DNA from: Hypanus sabinus
Taxonomy: Eukaryota
DNA length: 64,000 nt
NCBI RefSeq assembly: GCF_030144855.1
Contig: NW_026781450.1
Location: forward strand, 62,001 to 126,000
Direction of reading: 5' to 3'
In this document: positions 25,332 through 36,545 of the stretch, one piece after another
How positions within the stretch are numbered: position 1 is the first letter of the stretch
How the letters are laid out: every line of letters starts with the position of its first letter
Position numbers and translations under genes: made by a program
The notes under the pieces: generated by a model
Told to the model about the DNA's origin: nothing
Database searches by the model: none
What the model saw: the letters and a program-made list of their open reading frames with translations, nothing else

Positions 25332-25970
25332 CACGTACGCGGCCAGAACCCCTGTAAGATGGAAAATCTATCAGACTCTTACTCTCAATAATCAACCAGA
25401 CATTCTGAAAAGCCAGAAAGACAGACCTCGAGTACATAAAAGTTACCGGCCACATTCGGAAAACCAGCGAGGTCACATCCATTGCACAAATGAAGAAATA
25501 ATAATACATGAGAAATGCGCCATCGCAATGAACAGCGCAGTGGGCCAAATTAACCGACCCGAGATCAGAGTGAAACATCACACCGGGATCTCGGACAACT
25601 TACGTGAATTTGATCACCGCTTAGGATCCGGATATCAAACCCACAACTGTACCGCGGATGAAAATATAATCGCCCTGTTCCATGTTTAATCCCGTGTTTA
25701 ACAATAGAGGAACTATCATTTCAACGACTGAACACAAAGGGGAGAGGGACGGCCGTCCACTGGTGCTTGGTCATTGGTGGTCTGACCTTGCAATAGAGGG
25801 CCACAAGTTCGAACGAAGGTTCTGACCCTCTCCCAAGCTAAACCACGGGCAATACCGCACGACGTAAGTCCACCAAGAACGCTACACCTTACTGTGCATC
25901 TGTGCTGTTTAGACTCACTTGGGTTCAACGGCAGAATAACTAGGATGCAACGTGTCCCACGTGCCATCAT
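25332..25970 (-). pseudogene. Group-A V relic: intact promoter, leader and intron, but only 7 codons of V exon
   Basis: Leader MMARGTRCILVILPLNP 25970-25919 (GTGAGT), 567-nt intron, acceptor catcttacag, then GG GTT CTG GCC GCG TAC GTG (cf. V2 atcttacag GG ATG CTG GCC GTG TAC GTG), then unrelated sequence and a TGA. Confidence 0.8.
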
Positions 25971-27041
25971 CGGCCCGAGTTAGAGACCATCAAATGGTTA
26001 GCGCAATGCCAGCATTCAGGAGAACCACTTTGCGTTTCCTGTTTGGACTACTGCGATGCTGCTGGCCAGTTGACAGCTGCGTCACTTCCTGCGCGTCATG
26101 CACGAACACAATTACAGTTCAAAAGCCGATAGAAGGGCGAAGATGGAAATACAGTTTGGTATTGAACGACAATGTGCGTGCCTGTGAAGAAGCAGAAGTA
26201 GGAAAGGCACGTCTTTTGATTGGTTAACTAATCAGAGGTCTAGAAACCATAACCAATAAAGTCGCAGTTATTAGTCTCCAGCTGTTTACTATTTCCTGTA
26301 TTCTCTCCCTCTCTGTCTGTTTCTCTCTATCAGTCTCTCTCAGCCACTTTATCCTTCTCTTCCATTTCTTTATCTATCTACCTATCAATCTATCTGTATA
26401 TCCATCTATCCATCCATCTGTTTAATTTTGTATCTGTCTATGGATAGATCTCTCTACCAATCTATTATCGAACTATAATTCTACTTCCCGTTTATCTGTT
26501 GAGATGTCACTGGTATCCGTTCTGGGGAAGGGACGACACGCACAAAACGGACGGGCTACACCTGAACACAAGGGTGAACAAATTCCCTTCCTGACTGGTT
26601 TGCTGGAGCCGTTCATGAGGGTTGAAACATAATTGTTAATCCAGTTATAAATCATTTCGACAAGCACAACATAGATTTGTTACTACCGCCATAGACGAAG
26701 TAAAAAAAATATATTTTGAACGCTATCCCTGCAAATAATTTAACCAATTCAGTTGTAAATGTTGTTGTGGCTCCAAGAGGGTTCGCCAAACGTCTTCTAC
26801 TTCGTACGAAATTCGACACGTTCACGGTTTCCTTTTGTGTGAAGTACCTTTTTCTCCTGATCTGATTTCCTGATATTACCTACTGGGTTGTGCAGATGGG
26901 AAGAATCAAAAAGCAATTGCATCTGGATATTGAGGCTCAATGTCCAACGACCTCTGGTAGTGAGCGACAGCGGGTCCTGAGCCTTCAGTGATTGTGCAGA
27001 ACAGATTTTGTCAGAGGCGGCTCGACTTCTCAACCTCTGTG

Positions 27042-27473
27042 CGCTACTACAGGCACAGAAGTAGACGGCCGTGTGAGAGTGCGAGGCATTCTTTAGTTCC
27101 AGCTGAAAGAAAGTGCTGCTGGGTCTTGTTGCCGCGTAGGATTCCGACGTGTAACTGTTGACGAAATCTTTCCCAACAGAATAGAATAGAGCTTCTGTTG
27201 CCCCGTCCGGTCGCTGTCTGTACCAATACATATAATCATAGCCCGAATTCAGCAGCGTGCATTGGACGGTGCTTGAATCTCCCATTCCAACTGACTGTTC
27301 CACATATATGGCCAGAATCCCTGCAAGAGAGAAATTCAATTAGAGTCTAATCTCTCTCAACAAATGGTAGCCCGTTCTCTAAAACTGTATTAACTTCCCC
27401 AGAACCATTGTTAACCTGACTTACGCGGGATCATTGCCACGATTAGCGGAAGACAATATGTTCCCCGCATCAT
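27042..27473 (-). CDS. TRBV: TRBV segment V7 (group A), open frame with a 15-nt FR1 deletion
   Basis: Leader MMRGTYCLPLIVAMIP 27473-27425. V exon 27320-27042 (279 nt): ILAIYVEQS-----VGMGDSSTVQCTLLNSGYDYMYWYRQ...HTAVYFCACSS. RSS: CACAGAG 27041-27035, 23 nt, ACAAAATCT. Confidence 0.88.
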
Positions 27474-28514
27474 CGTTTGCAGAGTAGACCCTGGCGGACT
27501 TTGGTGTGGAGTGCCGTTGAAGACAAGCTTTCCTAAGAAATGTACTGCTTTGCTCGATATAGTTGCTGCTGTCGATTGGTCCTATGACGTCTATCACTTC
27601 CTGTGTAATTGATGGGCGGTACGTTCTTCCTTTGTCTTCAGTAGAAACCCGAAAGAGAGTGGAGGTCGCAGTTTCTGCAGAGTCGCTTGATTAANNNNNN
27701 NNNNNNNNNNNNNNNNNNNNNNNNNNNNNNNNNNNNNNNNNNNNNNNNNNNNNNNNNNNNNNNNNNNNNNNNNNNNNNNNNNNNNNNNNNNNNNNNNNNN
27801 NNNNNNNNNNNNNNNNNNNNNNNNNNNNNNNNNNNNNNNNNNNNNNNNNNNNNNNNNNNNNNNNNNNNNNNNNNNNNNNNNNNNNNNNNNNNNNNNNNNN
27901 NNNNNNNNNNNNNNNNNNNNNNNNNNNNNNNNNNNNAAGTATCTATGTATGTTTCTGTGTATTTATCTATGGATCTCTATATGTATGTACGTATGTATGT
28001 ATGTATGTATGTATGTATGTATGATTTTATCTATCTATCTATCTCACCTAATTATACGGAATTATCCATAATGCATTTGTGTGTGTCTACTGATTCACTG
28101 ACTCTGGAACTGCAGACTGAAAGCGCGTGAATGTCACAAGGAATTTCGTGGCGAGTCGATGCAGAAGTTGTGGTTATAAAGCAAACACAGAACGTCGTTT
28201 GTCTTCTGGCAGGAAAGAAGCGAAAGATCAGTTGCAGCTCAATGTGCTCCCGCCTCGTGTTGGGCAATCGCTCCTCTAGACGGAATACTGCGAATGATGA
28301 GAAGTTGCAGCGAAGGTCTGCAGAGGTGATTATAAAAACAACACAACATACACTCCGTGGCATCATTACCAGCTTCAGATACGCAATGACTACACAGATA
28401 TCCCGCTTTCTCCGCTGAGAACCCGCTCTAACAATCATGACGCCGTCAATCATTGTGCCCTTTTCAAAATTACAATAGTATCCATCCACGTTTTCATTCA
28501 AATTACCCAGATGA

Positions 28515-29060
28515 CGTGTCCACTTTAGCCGACAGCTCTGCACTTTAGCCGACAGCTCTACACCCACTCGTTAATGCAAATGTCTCATCAGCCAATCGTG
28601 TTCCAGCGTCAATACATAAAAACATGCAGAGATGGTCAGGAGGCTCCGTTGCGATTCAGTCCAATCATCAGAATAGGGAGGAAATGTGATCTAATTTACT
28701 TTGGTTGGAGAATGCTTATTGGTGCCAATCCGGGAGAGGTTGCCTATCTCAGAAACGACTGAAATCCTCGGATATTCACACACTACTTTCTGTTGTGTTT
28801 ACAGAGAATGGCTCGAAACGCTCTTGTGGTAATTATGTGGATGAAAACGCCCGGTTAATGGCCGATGTCAGTTGAGAACGGTCAGACTCTTTCAAGCTGA
28901 GAGGACGGCGGCAGTGTTTCAAGTAACCACGTGTTGCAACAGTGGTGTGCAGAGGAGCATCTCTGAATGCACAATATGTTGAACCTTGCAGCGGATTTCC
29001 TGCAAGGGCAGAGGACCACCAACATACTGTGAGTTGCCATTTTATTAGGTCCAGGAAGTC
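28515..29060 (+). mobile_element. Tc1/mariner-like DNA transposon relic
   Basis: Frame GRKCDLIYFGWRMLIGA resembles the Tc1 transposase N-terminus (GKxxDLSDFxRGMIVGA). End motifs gtccactttag and ccattttattagg. Sister copy at about 41750-42275. Confidence 0.7.
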
Positions 29061-30254
29061 ACCAAACCGAGGTTTCTCCCTTTAATTACATAAGTATACA
29101 AGGCATAGATGCATGTGCCAGATATTAGCATTTGTACAGATGCGTCCGTAGGGCAAATTTTACAGATGCACCGTCATAACTTTTGCGCGTTGCTGTGTGC
29201 AGTTCGATCAGGGCGATGTGCAGCGATACACAGAGTGCTGCTGCCCCCAAGTGGCTAAACGCAGATTCCACATCTTTTGGTGAATAGGTGGAACGTTTTG
29301 ACTGTGGCCGGAAACTAGTGCTCCAGCGCTCTTGATGGCCTTATAGTAAAGTGTAACATTGGATGCTTCCGGCCGAGACCGTTTATCAGGACTGAGAGTG
29401 AAAAGTGCACGGGAAGGGGGTTGGAGGACGCTGCCTGAATTAAAAGTTGCGGGATGGGTTAATGGCCAGCTGGAATGTGATAGGTGAAGTCAGGTTGAAG
29501 GGAAAGGTCAAAGGTTGGACTGATAGAGTAAAGTGATAGGGATTTGGAATTACAATTCTTGGCCGCAGAGAATTACCTGCGCAGTTATGCGGTGAAAAGC
29601 TTGTCGCAGAGATCAATTCATAACATTTTGATTTGAAATAGAGAAAGGTAAATTAATAAATTTGTTTACACTAGCTGCCTGTCTGGAGTTACAGTGAAAA
29701 GCTGGTCCTGCATACAGATCACAGTGTACTGGTGTAGAATAAGGCTCATCAATAATATTTAAAACCGACATAGGAAACCGCATTGTGGGTGAACAGGACT
29801 ACAGAAAGGTAGATTGTGAATGCGAGAATCCACATTATTGTCCCATCCTCGAACATAAGAATAGGGTAACGACGGTAAAGATCCTGCTGGATTGGTGACT
29901 GGAGCCTTTATTATCATCGGCTCCTTGACTGAGGTAACGAGGTGGACGGACAGAGGGGAAGTTTGATCGATGTGCTCAGCTGTGGACAGGGCCCTCTCCG
30001 GTTTCCCGCTGTCAATTGCAGAGCAGATGGTACAACAGTGCGTTATCCATCAATGCCCCTTTGCTCGTCGATGTGATATCTGACATAGCAGGTGCACGCG
30101 CGGAAATGCAGCCGAGTGCAGCTCGTTCGTGACAGAAAGGAGCAGCCGAACACTGTCTTGTGCTGCCACCTACTGGTACAACATGGCGACTGAACCTCCC
30201 TGCTGCAGGCTGGAAGGTATTTGTAGTGGGAGACTCGTTATCTGAAGTTCAGTG

Positions 30255-31148
30255 TGCTACTACAAGCGCAGTAGTAGACGGCGGAGTGAGAGGCCGATGC
30301 CCGTCCCAGTTTCAGTTTAAACAGAGTGCTGCTGGGTCTTGTCGCCGTGAAGGAATCGGATGTATAGTTCGTGACCGAAGCTTGTCCAACAGAATAGAAC
30401 AGACAATCTATTGCCCGGCCGGGTCGCTGCCTGTACCAATACATTCGTGTATAGTCCGTTTTCAGCAGCTTACACGAGACGCTGGCCGTCTCTCCCTCTC
30501 CGACTGACAAGGAGAGAGGCGACTGGTCAACGAACACGGTCAGAATCCCTGTAAAACAGAAAATCGATTAGTCTCCAATTTCTCTTAATTGTTGATCAGC
30601 TCGCGTGTGATCTAGACAGCAGGAACGGGCTGGAGTTCCCAAAATATTCTGTCCACTCTCCAGTTAACCCGAAGTTTCACACTATTCTGCACCGTGAAAT
30701 TGGCGCAACACACCATCCTGACACACATGCCCTCTAATTCAGACAAAATGAGACTCTTCGAACCGCAGTGAGGAAGCGGGGTTAAATGCCATTAAGCATA
30801 ATCTCCTTTCGTCCAGTTTCAATTTTGGCGCAGATCCCCATTCACCCTCGGAGTAATCCCGATACCCTCTTCCGATCTTACCGAAACTGAAGGAGACGCG
30901 CAATTTTAATCGGGTCTGTTCGACCAGCGCGGCAAGGATTTATCAGTGGGAAGGCGTTTTCACATTCGGCTCCTGACTAACAAGGCCGGCATCAAACCTC
31001 GGCCTCATGTCCAGAAGATCTGCCAAGCCCAACCACGTGCGATGCTGAAGCACGTCGTTCAACACACTTTCCCCGAGATCTGTGATTTGTACTTACCTGG
31101 GATCATCGCCACGATCAGCGGGAGGCAAACAATCCTCCGCACCATCAT
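30255..31148 (-). CDS. TRBV: TRBV segment V8 (group A), apparently functional
   Basis: Leader MMVRRIVCLPLIVAMIP 31148-31097. V exon 30548-30255: ILTVFVDQSPLSLSVGEGETASVSCKLLKTDYTRMYWYRQRPGRAIDCLFYSVGQASVTNYTSDSFTATRPSSTLFKLKLGRASASHSAVYYCACSS. RSS: CACTGAA 30254-30248, 23 nt, ACAAATACC. Confidence 0.92.
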
Positions 31149-31255
31149 CTACAGGATGAGGATATTTCCTCCATGTGAAGCTCAGAGCCAACTCTCAGGG
31201 AAGTCTATCTGTGTGGTCTGATAAAGGAATGAGATTATCGTTGTTTTTGTTGAGA

Positions 31256-31270
31256 TGACGTCACTTCCGC
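31256..31270 (-). promoter_or_regulatory. V-beta promoter decamer/CRE with overlapping ETS site (GCGGAAGTGACGTCA)
   Basis: About 108 nt upstream of the V8 ATG; contains AGTGACGTCA. Variant GGTGACGTCA at 44688-44679 upstream of V14. Confidence 0.75.
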
Positions 31271-31845
31271 TACGGTGAACGCCTTCGGACTGACGATGAT
31301 GCCCGAGGTGAGTTCATACAATGCAGATACGTTCTGACGATTTGAAGCTGGAAGGCGCTCATCAATGGGAAACCGGTTTAAAATGATTGCCCAATGTTCC
31401 CGAGGGCAGGGATACGAAACCAGAATAGAGCTTCAACCGTGTTTCGCTTCGATTCCAGAAACTAAACGCCACTTTAACAGACGCTCAAAGTAAGCGGCCT
31501 GTTTGAGAAACGGTAGGAAAGGTCAAGAGAAGATTAGAGGAAAAATGGTGTCTGTAGGGCTGAGACAGGAAGCGAATGGGATAAAGCCACCTGGATATTG
31601 TATGGAGGGGAACGGCCGGGACAGACGGAAGGTATGCGGGAACAGCAGGCGATAGTGACATTTCACGTCAACTGATCCAAAACGCCAGTAAGTACAGAGC
31701 GTGGAGGAAGAGCCAGTGTACAGTGTCCGAGGGAGCACCAGCCAGCCGGTCGAGACGGAAAGTCAATCTTCTCTCTCACCCCAAGTGTGACAGCGAGAGG
31801 GCGGAAGGATTTTGTCAGCAGCGACTCGCCTTCTCCGGCTCTGGG

Positions 31846-32009
31846 CGCTACTCTCGGCACAGAAATAGATAGCGGGGTGAGAGTGCGAGACAGTGCTGCT
31901 GGTTTCCGTGGTCGTGTAGGTCTCAGATGTGTAGCTGTTGATTAGACCTCTCCCGGCGGAATAGAGGGGAGTTTCTTCTGCCTGGTCGGGTCGCTGTCTG
32001 TACGAATAA
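31846..32009 (-). pseudogene. TRBV: TRBV segment V9 (group A), 3' fragment
   Basis: YSYRQRPDQAEETPLYSAGRGLINSYTSETYTTTETSSTVSHSHPAIYFCAESS. 5' half absent, Trp41 is Ser, FR3 deletion, dead heptamer CCCAGAG 31845-31839, 23 nt, ACAAAATCC. Confidence 0.85.
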
Positions 32010-32178
32010 AAATTCAAACACATCTAACTTTCACTGGCAGCCGTGCCGCTGCTCACGCCTGGTCGACCCGGCCTCCTTGTTTGATTGACAGCTGAAGCAC
32101 TGCGGCATCGGCAGGCGGTCGCGACCCCTGAGACTCTCAGGTTTTTGCTCAGCTCCGCCGCCTCTCTTTGTTGCCGTG

Positions 32179-32477
32179 AACACGCCAGCCGCAGTAATAC
32201 AGGGCAGAGGACCCCGCCTCCAGGCCTGGGGACTTCAGGTATAACTCGTTATTATTCGGCCTTTCTGCGGCGGAACCGTCCACAGGCCCCGCAGATTCCT
32301 GGTGACCGGCAAGCGTAGAGTAAGTAAGGTTCTGAATCGGCTTGCCAGGCAGCTGGCTGTACCAGAGCAACGTGTTAACGGAGCTAGCAGCGCCTGCGAG
32401 TGTGCACTCCAGTTCCGCTTCCCCGCTCGGGGACGCAGAGAGAGCCGGTGCCTGGTGGATCTTCACCGAGGGCGCTT
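32179..32477 (-). CDS. TRBV: TRBV segment V10 (group B), intact V exon; leader not identified
   Basis: APSVKIHQAPALSASPSGEAELECTLAGAASSVNTLLWYSQLPGKPIQNLTYSTLAGHQESAGPVDGSAAERPNNNELYLKSPGLEAGSSALYYCGWRV. Good acceptor. RSS: CACGGCA 32178-32172, 23 nt, GCAAAAACC. Confidence 0.85.
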
Positions 32478-32664
32478 CTGAGAAAGAAGAGGAAGGGGCT
32501 GCATGAATGTAGGCGTTCCGAGAGGTAGGGGAGGGGAGAGTGACGGCGTAGATGGGAAATTGAAACAGAAGGGTTGAAGTTAGAGAGAGTGGAGATGGTT
32601 CTTCAGAGGGAAGATAACGCGAACACGGCAGGTATCGTAGACTCGAGGAAGGAATGAGACGGAG

Positions 32665-32860
32665 AATTAGCGGTTGGTGGAATCGCTTTCCAGCGCTGCC
32701 GAATCCGGGTTCGATTACCACTGCAATCTGTATTAACTTTCTCTGCAGGACCCGGTGGGCTTTTCTCCGGGTGTCCCGGTTTCCTCCCACATTGACCTGG
32801 GGCTTGATGGGTTAATTGGTCACGTAGGTGTAATTGGGCAACACGTTCCTGGTGGGTCGA
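32665..32860 (+). mobile_element. tRNA-derived SINE (HE1/V-SINE-like)
   Basis: B-box-like gggttcgatta and core ttttctccgggtgtcccggtttcctcccaca. Related copies at about 51890-52010 (-), 56845-56930 (-) and 62140-62250 (+, gggttcaaatccc). Confidence 0.7.
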
Positions 32861-33580
32861 AAGGCGGGGCTGTCACTCAGGAAGAGGAAATAATTTACCG
32901 GAAGACGTCCCTGAATATTTGGAGCCGGTGTACCTCTTCCTTTCTCTTCCTGACCCATCACAATTGAATCGGGAAATAGATGCGATAGCAAATGGGGCAC
33001 AAGGTCCTGTTTCTCATTAATATATATTTTATCTACTCACTGCACCCCGCAACCCTTTCAAGGTTCATAGGGCGCCGACATCTGATCGAAAGAACCGTCT
33101 GTCCTGAGCCAGACGTTCAATTTGTCCCCAGGTATGATCCATCCCCCCGGTGTGAGGAGAATCTGTTGGGATTCCTGTACATCCGCGTTTTGCGTGACAG
33201 GATTTGAGCCCCATTGCAACTACACAGCCCCTGGAGGACGCGTCACTTCATGTTCCACGAGTTTCTCGTCTCATTATCGGTCGCATTCAAAAAGTGACGA
33301 AAACCCGTACTGAAGATCGGTGAGAAGACTAACGAAAGACGGAGTGGGAAGATGAGAGAGCGGATTATCTTCATTCATCTGAATGCTTCGGAAGAGGACA
33401 AGTAAAGCTGTACCTCCTCCACATCTTTCATCGATTCGCCACTACGGGGCGCACGACTGAATGGTAGACCCACCCCATACTGTGATTGACAGGAGTCGTG
33501 TTTCCTGTTTTGCTGACCGCAACGACACTTCTGACAGTGAGAGTTTTTGTATAGCGGCTCCGGCACTCTGAGCCGCCGTG

Positions 33581-34203
33581 ATCACTCCAGGCGCAGAAAT
33601 ACACGGACGACGAATTCGCCTCCAGTTTGTCGGACTTCAGGAAGAACTCATTTTTCTGAGGTCTCTCCGCCGAAAAACCGTCGACCAATCCCTTTGGCTG
33701 CACGAACTTAGCAATCCTCGAGTAAAACATGTTCTCCGGACCCTTTCCCGGGGATTGTCGGTACCAGTACAACTGATTACTAGCACTGGTACTACCCTCG
33801 ACTGTGCAATTCAGGGTCACCTTCTGGTCGGGAGTTCCGGAGAAAGCCGGAATCTGGTGGATCGTCACCGAGGTCGCGTCTAGAAATAAGAGACGGCGGG
33901 ACAGAACGGGATGAATTAACACGGAGTGGCTGGTCAATGTGAAAGGGGAGAAAGGGGGTGCATTGAGGGAATCAGAGAGGAGGATGGAAGTCGGGAAAGC
34001 CCGAGAAGAGATTGGAATTTAAAGGCTGCCGCAGAGGGTAGATCGTGTGCGGAAACGACGGCTCGAACTAAATAAATGATGAGTACAAGTCGACAGGTGA
34101 CGGGAATGTGAACGGTATACGGAAGCAGAGAATTTTTTAAAAAAAGCATTTTCAGCTTTTACTCACAGTGGAAGGAGAGAATAAAGAGCAGAAACAGAAA
34201 CAT
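33581..34203 (-). CDS. TRBV: TRBV segment V11 (group B, TRBV30-like), apparently functional
   Basis: Leader MFLFLLFILSFH 34203-34167 (GTGAGT; in-frame upstream ATG at 34233). V exon 33879-33581: ATSVTIHQIPAFSGTPDQKVTLNCTVEGSTSASNQLYWYRQSPGKGPENMFYSRIAKFVQPKGLVDGFSAERPQKNEFFLKSDKLEANSSSVYFCAWSD. RSS: CACGGCG 33580-33574, 23 nt, ACAAAAACT. Confidence 0.94.
34164..34202 (+). other. Cryptic 23-RSS antisense to the V11 leader exon
   Basis: CACAGTG 34164-34170, spacer GAAGGAGAGAATAAAGAGCAGAA (23 nt), ACAGAAACA 34194-34202. Confidence 0.6.
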
Positions 34204-34736
34204 CCTTCTTGGAGGGTTTATTCTCTCAGTCATGACAGTGCGTGCAGCCGAGAAATAATCCATTCACTTCAACCCCGGTTGTTACTTATATGAGTGACGT
34301 ATGTCGATTTGCGGAAGTGTCGATTGTCCACGCCCCTTATCTGCTCCAAAACGATTCGGTTATCTCACTGTCTACGATATATTTAAGCTCCCACGTCTAT
34401 GTAATTTCGGTAATCTGCACAACAGGTGCAAGAAGAGGGGCCACACTTCACCTCCCTTTCGCAGAAGCCAAGAGCCTCACAATGAGCACCATATGATGAG
34501 CCTAAGAAACACATTGTGCTAATCACAGAGCAGTCAGTCTCTCTCTTTCTCTCTCTGCCCGAACCTTGAACTCTGACACTAGTTGACACGTAGCATAACA
34601 GAAAAAAAGACTAAGAGAAAGAACATCTGCCTTTTCACACTCTTCGAATAATCTAGTAGAAATTTTATCACAGTTCTTGTCTGCCCACTGGTGGTAGCAG
34701 CCTGTGCCTTCAACGTAGCTCGATTGCATGGAGATA

Positions 34737-34813
<77 letters not shown>

Positions 34814-35544
34814 GTCAGAAAGACGATACCGTTCTCCAGAATCTAACCTCAAGGATGTGTGCCCATTTACATCATCATGCTCTGACCAGGTTCCAGCCTG
34901 AATTCGCTTTGTTCTTCTAAACTTCTGTTCTGCACCGCACTGTTCTGCAGATCCACTAAGCTTGAATCAAATTTGAACTCTTTCTTTTCAGGAGTTGAAT
35001 GTGAGTATTTGTGCGCACGCTGGGTTCAGTGACTTGAATCCGAAAGCAAGCGAAGGCAAGAAGTGATGAAATATAGCTGCACGTAACGTTTGGAAACATT
35101 CTTGATCAACTGCTTTGAAACAATTTCAGCTCATCCATTTTTGGATACGTGGACGAAAAAGAGGTTACTAAGCTCCAACTGAGGTCTCATCGGCGGTTTA
35201 TAAATTCACAATGATACATCGTTGTTTTTCCATTCTAGTTCAGTGACTTGAATCCTTAGTCACAAGGCAGGAAGTGCGAAGGTGCGACCTCGGGTATACG
35301 CCCGTCACCTGATCTGTCACGCCGACACCTCGGCATCCACTCGCTGATTGACAGCAGACATCTCCTGATGGAATGTCTCTGCGCGAAACGTCGGAATCAT
35401 TCCCGTGTGCCTCCTTGAAAGTCTCTCCAAATTTCGCTCATCCATTCTTCGATCAGCCGCCCAAAGCACCGCTGCTTTCCATCTTCCTGCATCTGACGAT
35501 TCTCTTCTGTTTCAAACCCCAAGATCCACACCAAGTTCTGTGAA

Positions 35545-35561
35545 ATAAGTAAGTAAGCAAA

Positions 35562-35612
<51 letters not shown>

Positions 35613-35820
35613 ACAAACAAATAAACAAACAAACAGATTTATAAATGAATGACTAGATGGATAAATAAATAAATAAATAAATAGATGGATAAATAAATAG
35701 GTAGGTAGATAGATAGATAGATATATAGGGAGATTGACAGATAGATCGATAGGTAGGCAGGTTGAGAGATAGATAGATAAATAGATAGATAGATGAATAG
35801 ATCGATAGATAGATAGCTAT
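35545..35820. repeat. Compound (TAAA)n/(AAAC)n/(ATAG)n microsatellites
   Basis: Directly visible. Confidence 0.95.
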
Positions 35821-35822
35821 TC

Positions 35823-35948
35823 GCACATAATCCCAAATCCGCTGGTACCCCATTATATGCCGGAAACCCTAAATCAGCGCGCAATCCCAAATCCGCCGAC
35901 ACACCTAGTTCAGCTGACAACCCCAACTCAGCCGACACCCACCAAGCT
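35823..35948. repeat. Degenerate 18-bp tandem repeat, 7 units
   Basis: Units start at 35823, 35841, 35859, 35877, 35895, 35913, 35931 (gcNNNNaNNccNaaNtcN). Confidence 0.8.
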
Positions 35949-36545
35949 GTATGCACCATCAGATCATCTCCAAATCCGGTGTGTGCCCTCCCCTCGTTAT
36001 CCCAACCCTCCACATCTCTTCACAACCACCATTTTCCGGCCAACTCTTATCTTCGCACAACGGGGTCCCGCTTTGCTTGGACAATCATCACAGTTCATGA
36101 TGTGTATCCTCGCGTCATACACCGATTTTCCTCTGTCCCTCGACAATCCCCACTATTTGCAGTTTGTGTACTCCCCAGTACGACGAGGGCCCTCTGTTGC
36201 TCACCATAACCACCATTCATGGTGTGTTTATTAAATCCTTGTGCCAGGAGACAAACAAAATTATAATTTCTTTAGTGAGTGTCATACTTTGAACCTTATG
36301 AACCACATTGTGTCCTGCATAGAGCAGTCTCTGGCATTCAATGTTTCTCCTCCTCTCCCTGCCTGAGCTTCCAGCTCTGGCTCCTAGCACTAGCCGAACA
36401 GAAAATTCACTTTTACAGAAGTAATGTGACCCTCTACATACCCGAGAAACATCCAGCATAAATTTTAGCACAGTGTTTATCCGCCCCCTACTGGTAGCAG
36501 CCTGTGCTTTCACACCTAGCTCGATTGCATTGATGTAGACTTCTT

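Larger units (their letters stand above)
24777..32005. repeat. Segmental duplication unit, tandem partner of about 37455-45425
   Basis: Same order and high identity: B-family V, orphan leader, V7/V13, Tc1 relic, V8/V14, V9/V15. The offset drifts from about 12.7 to 13.4 kb. Confidence 0.9.

Noticed and set aside
28052-28567. ORF of about 100 codons open in two diverged copies (28052-28567 on -, 2760-3128 on +), with the antisense frame also open in several copies
   Set aside because: A hand count gives roughly 11 synonymous vs 25 non-synonymous changes, close to neutral. The third copy (41.5 kb) is frameshifted. No recognisable domain; openness is explained by recent duplication.
28510-28740. 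Octamer ATGCAAAT, three CCAAT boxes and TGACGT, suggesting an Ig-like enhancer
   Set aside because: It lies inside the left end of the Tc1-like relic, directly before the transposase frame, and the octamer is degenerate in the 2.6 kb copy.
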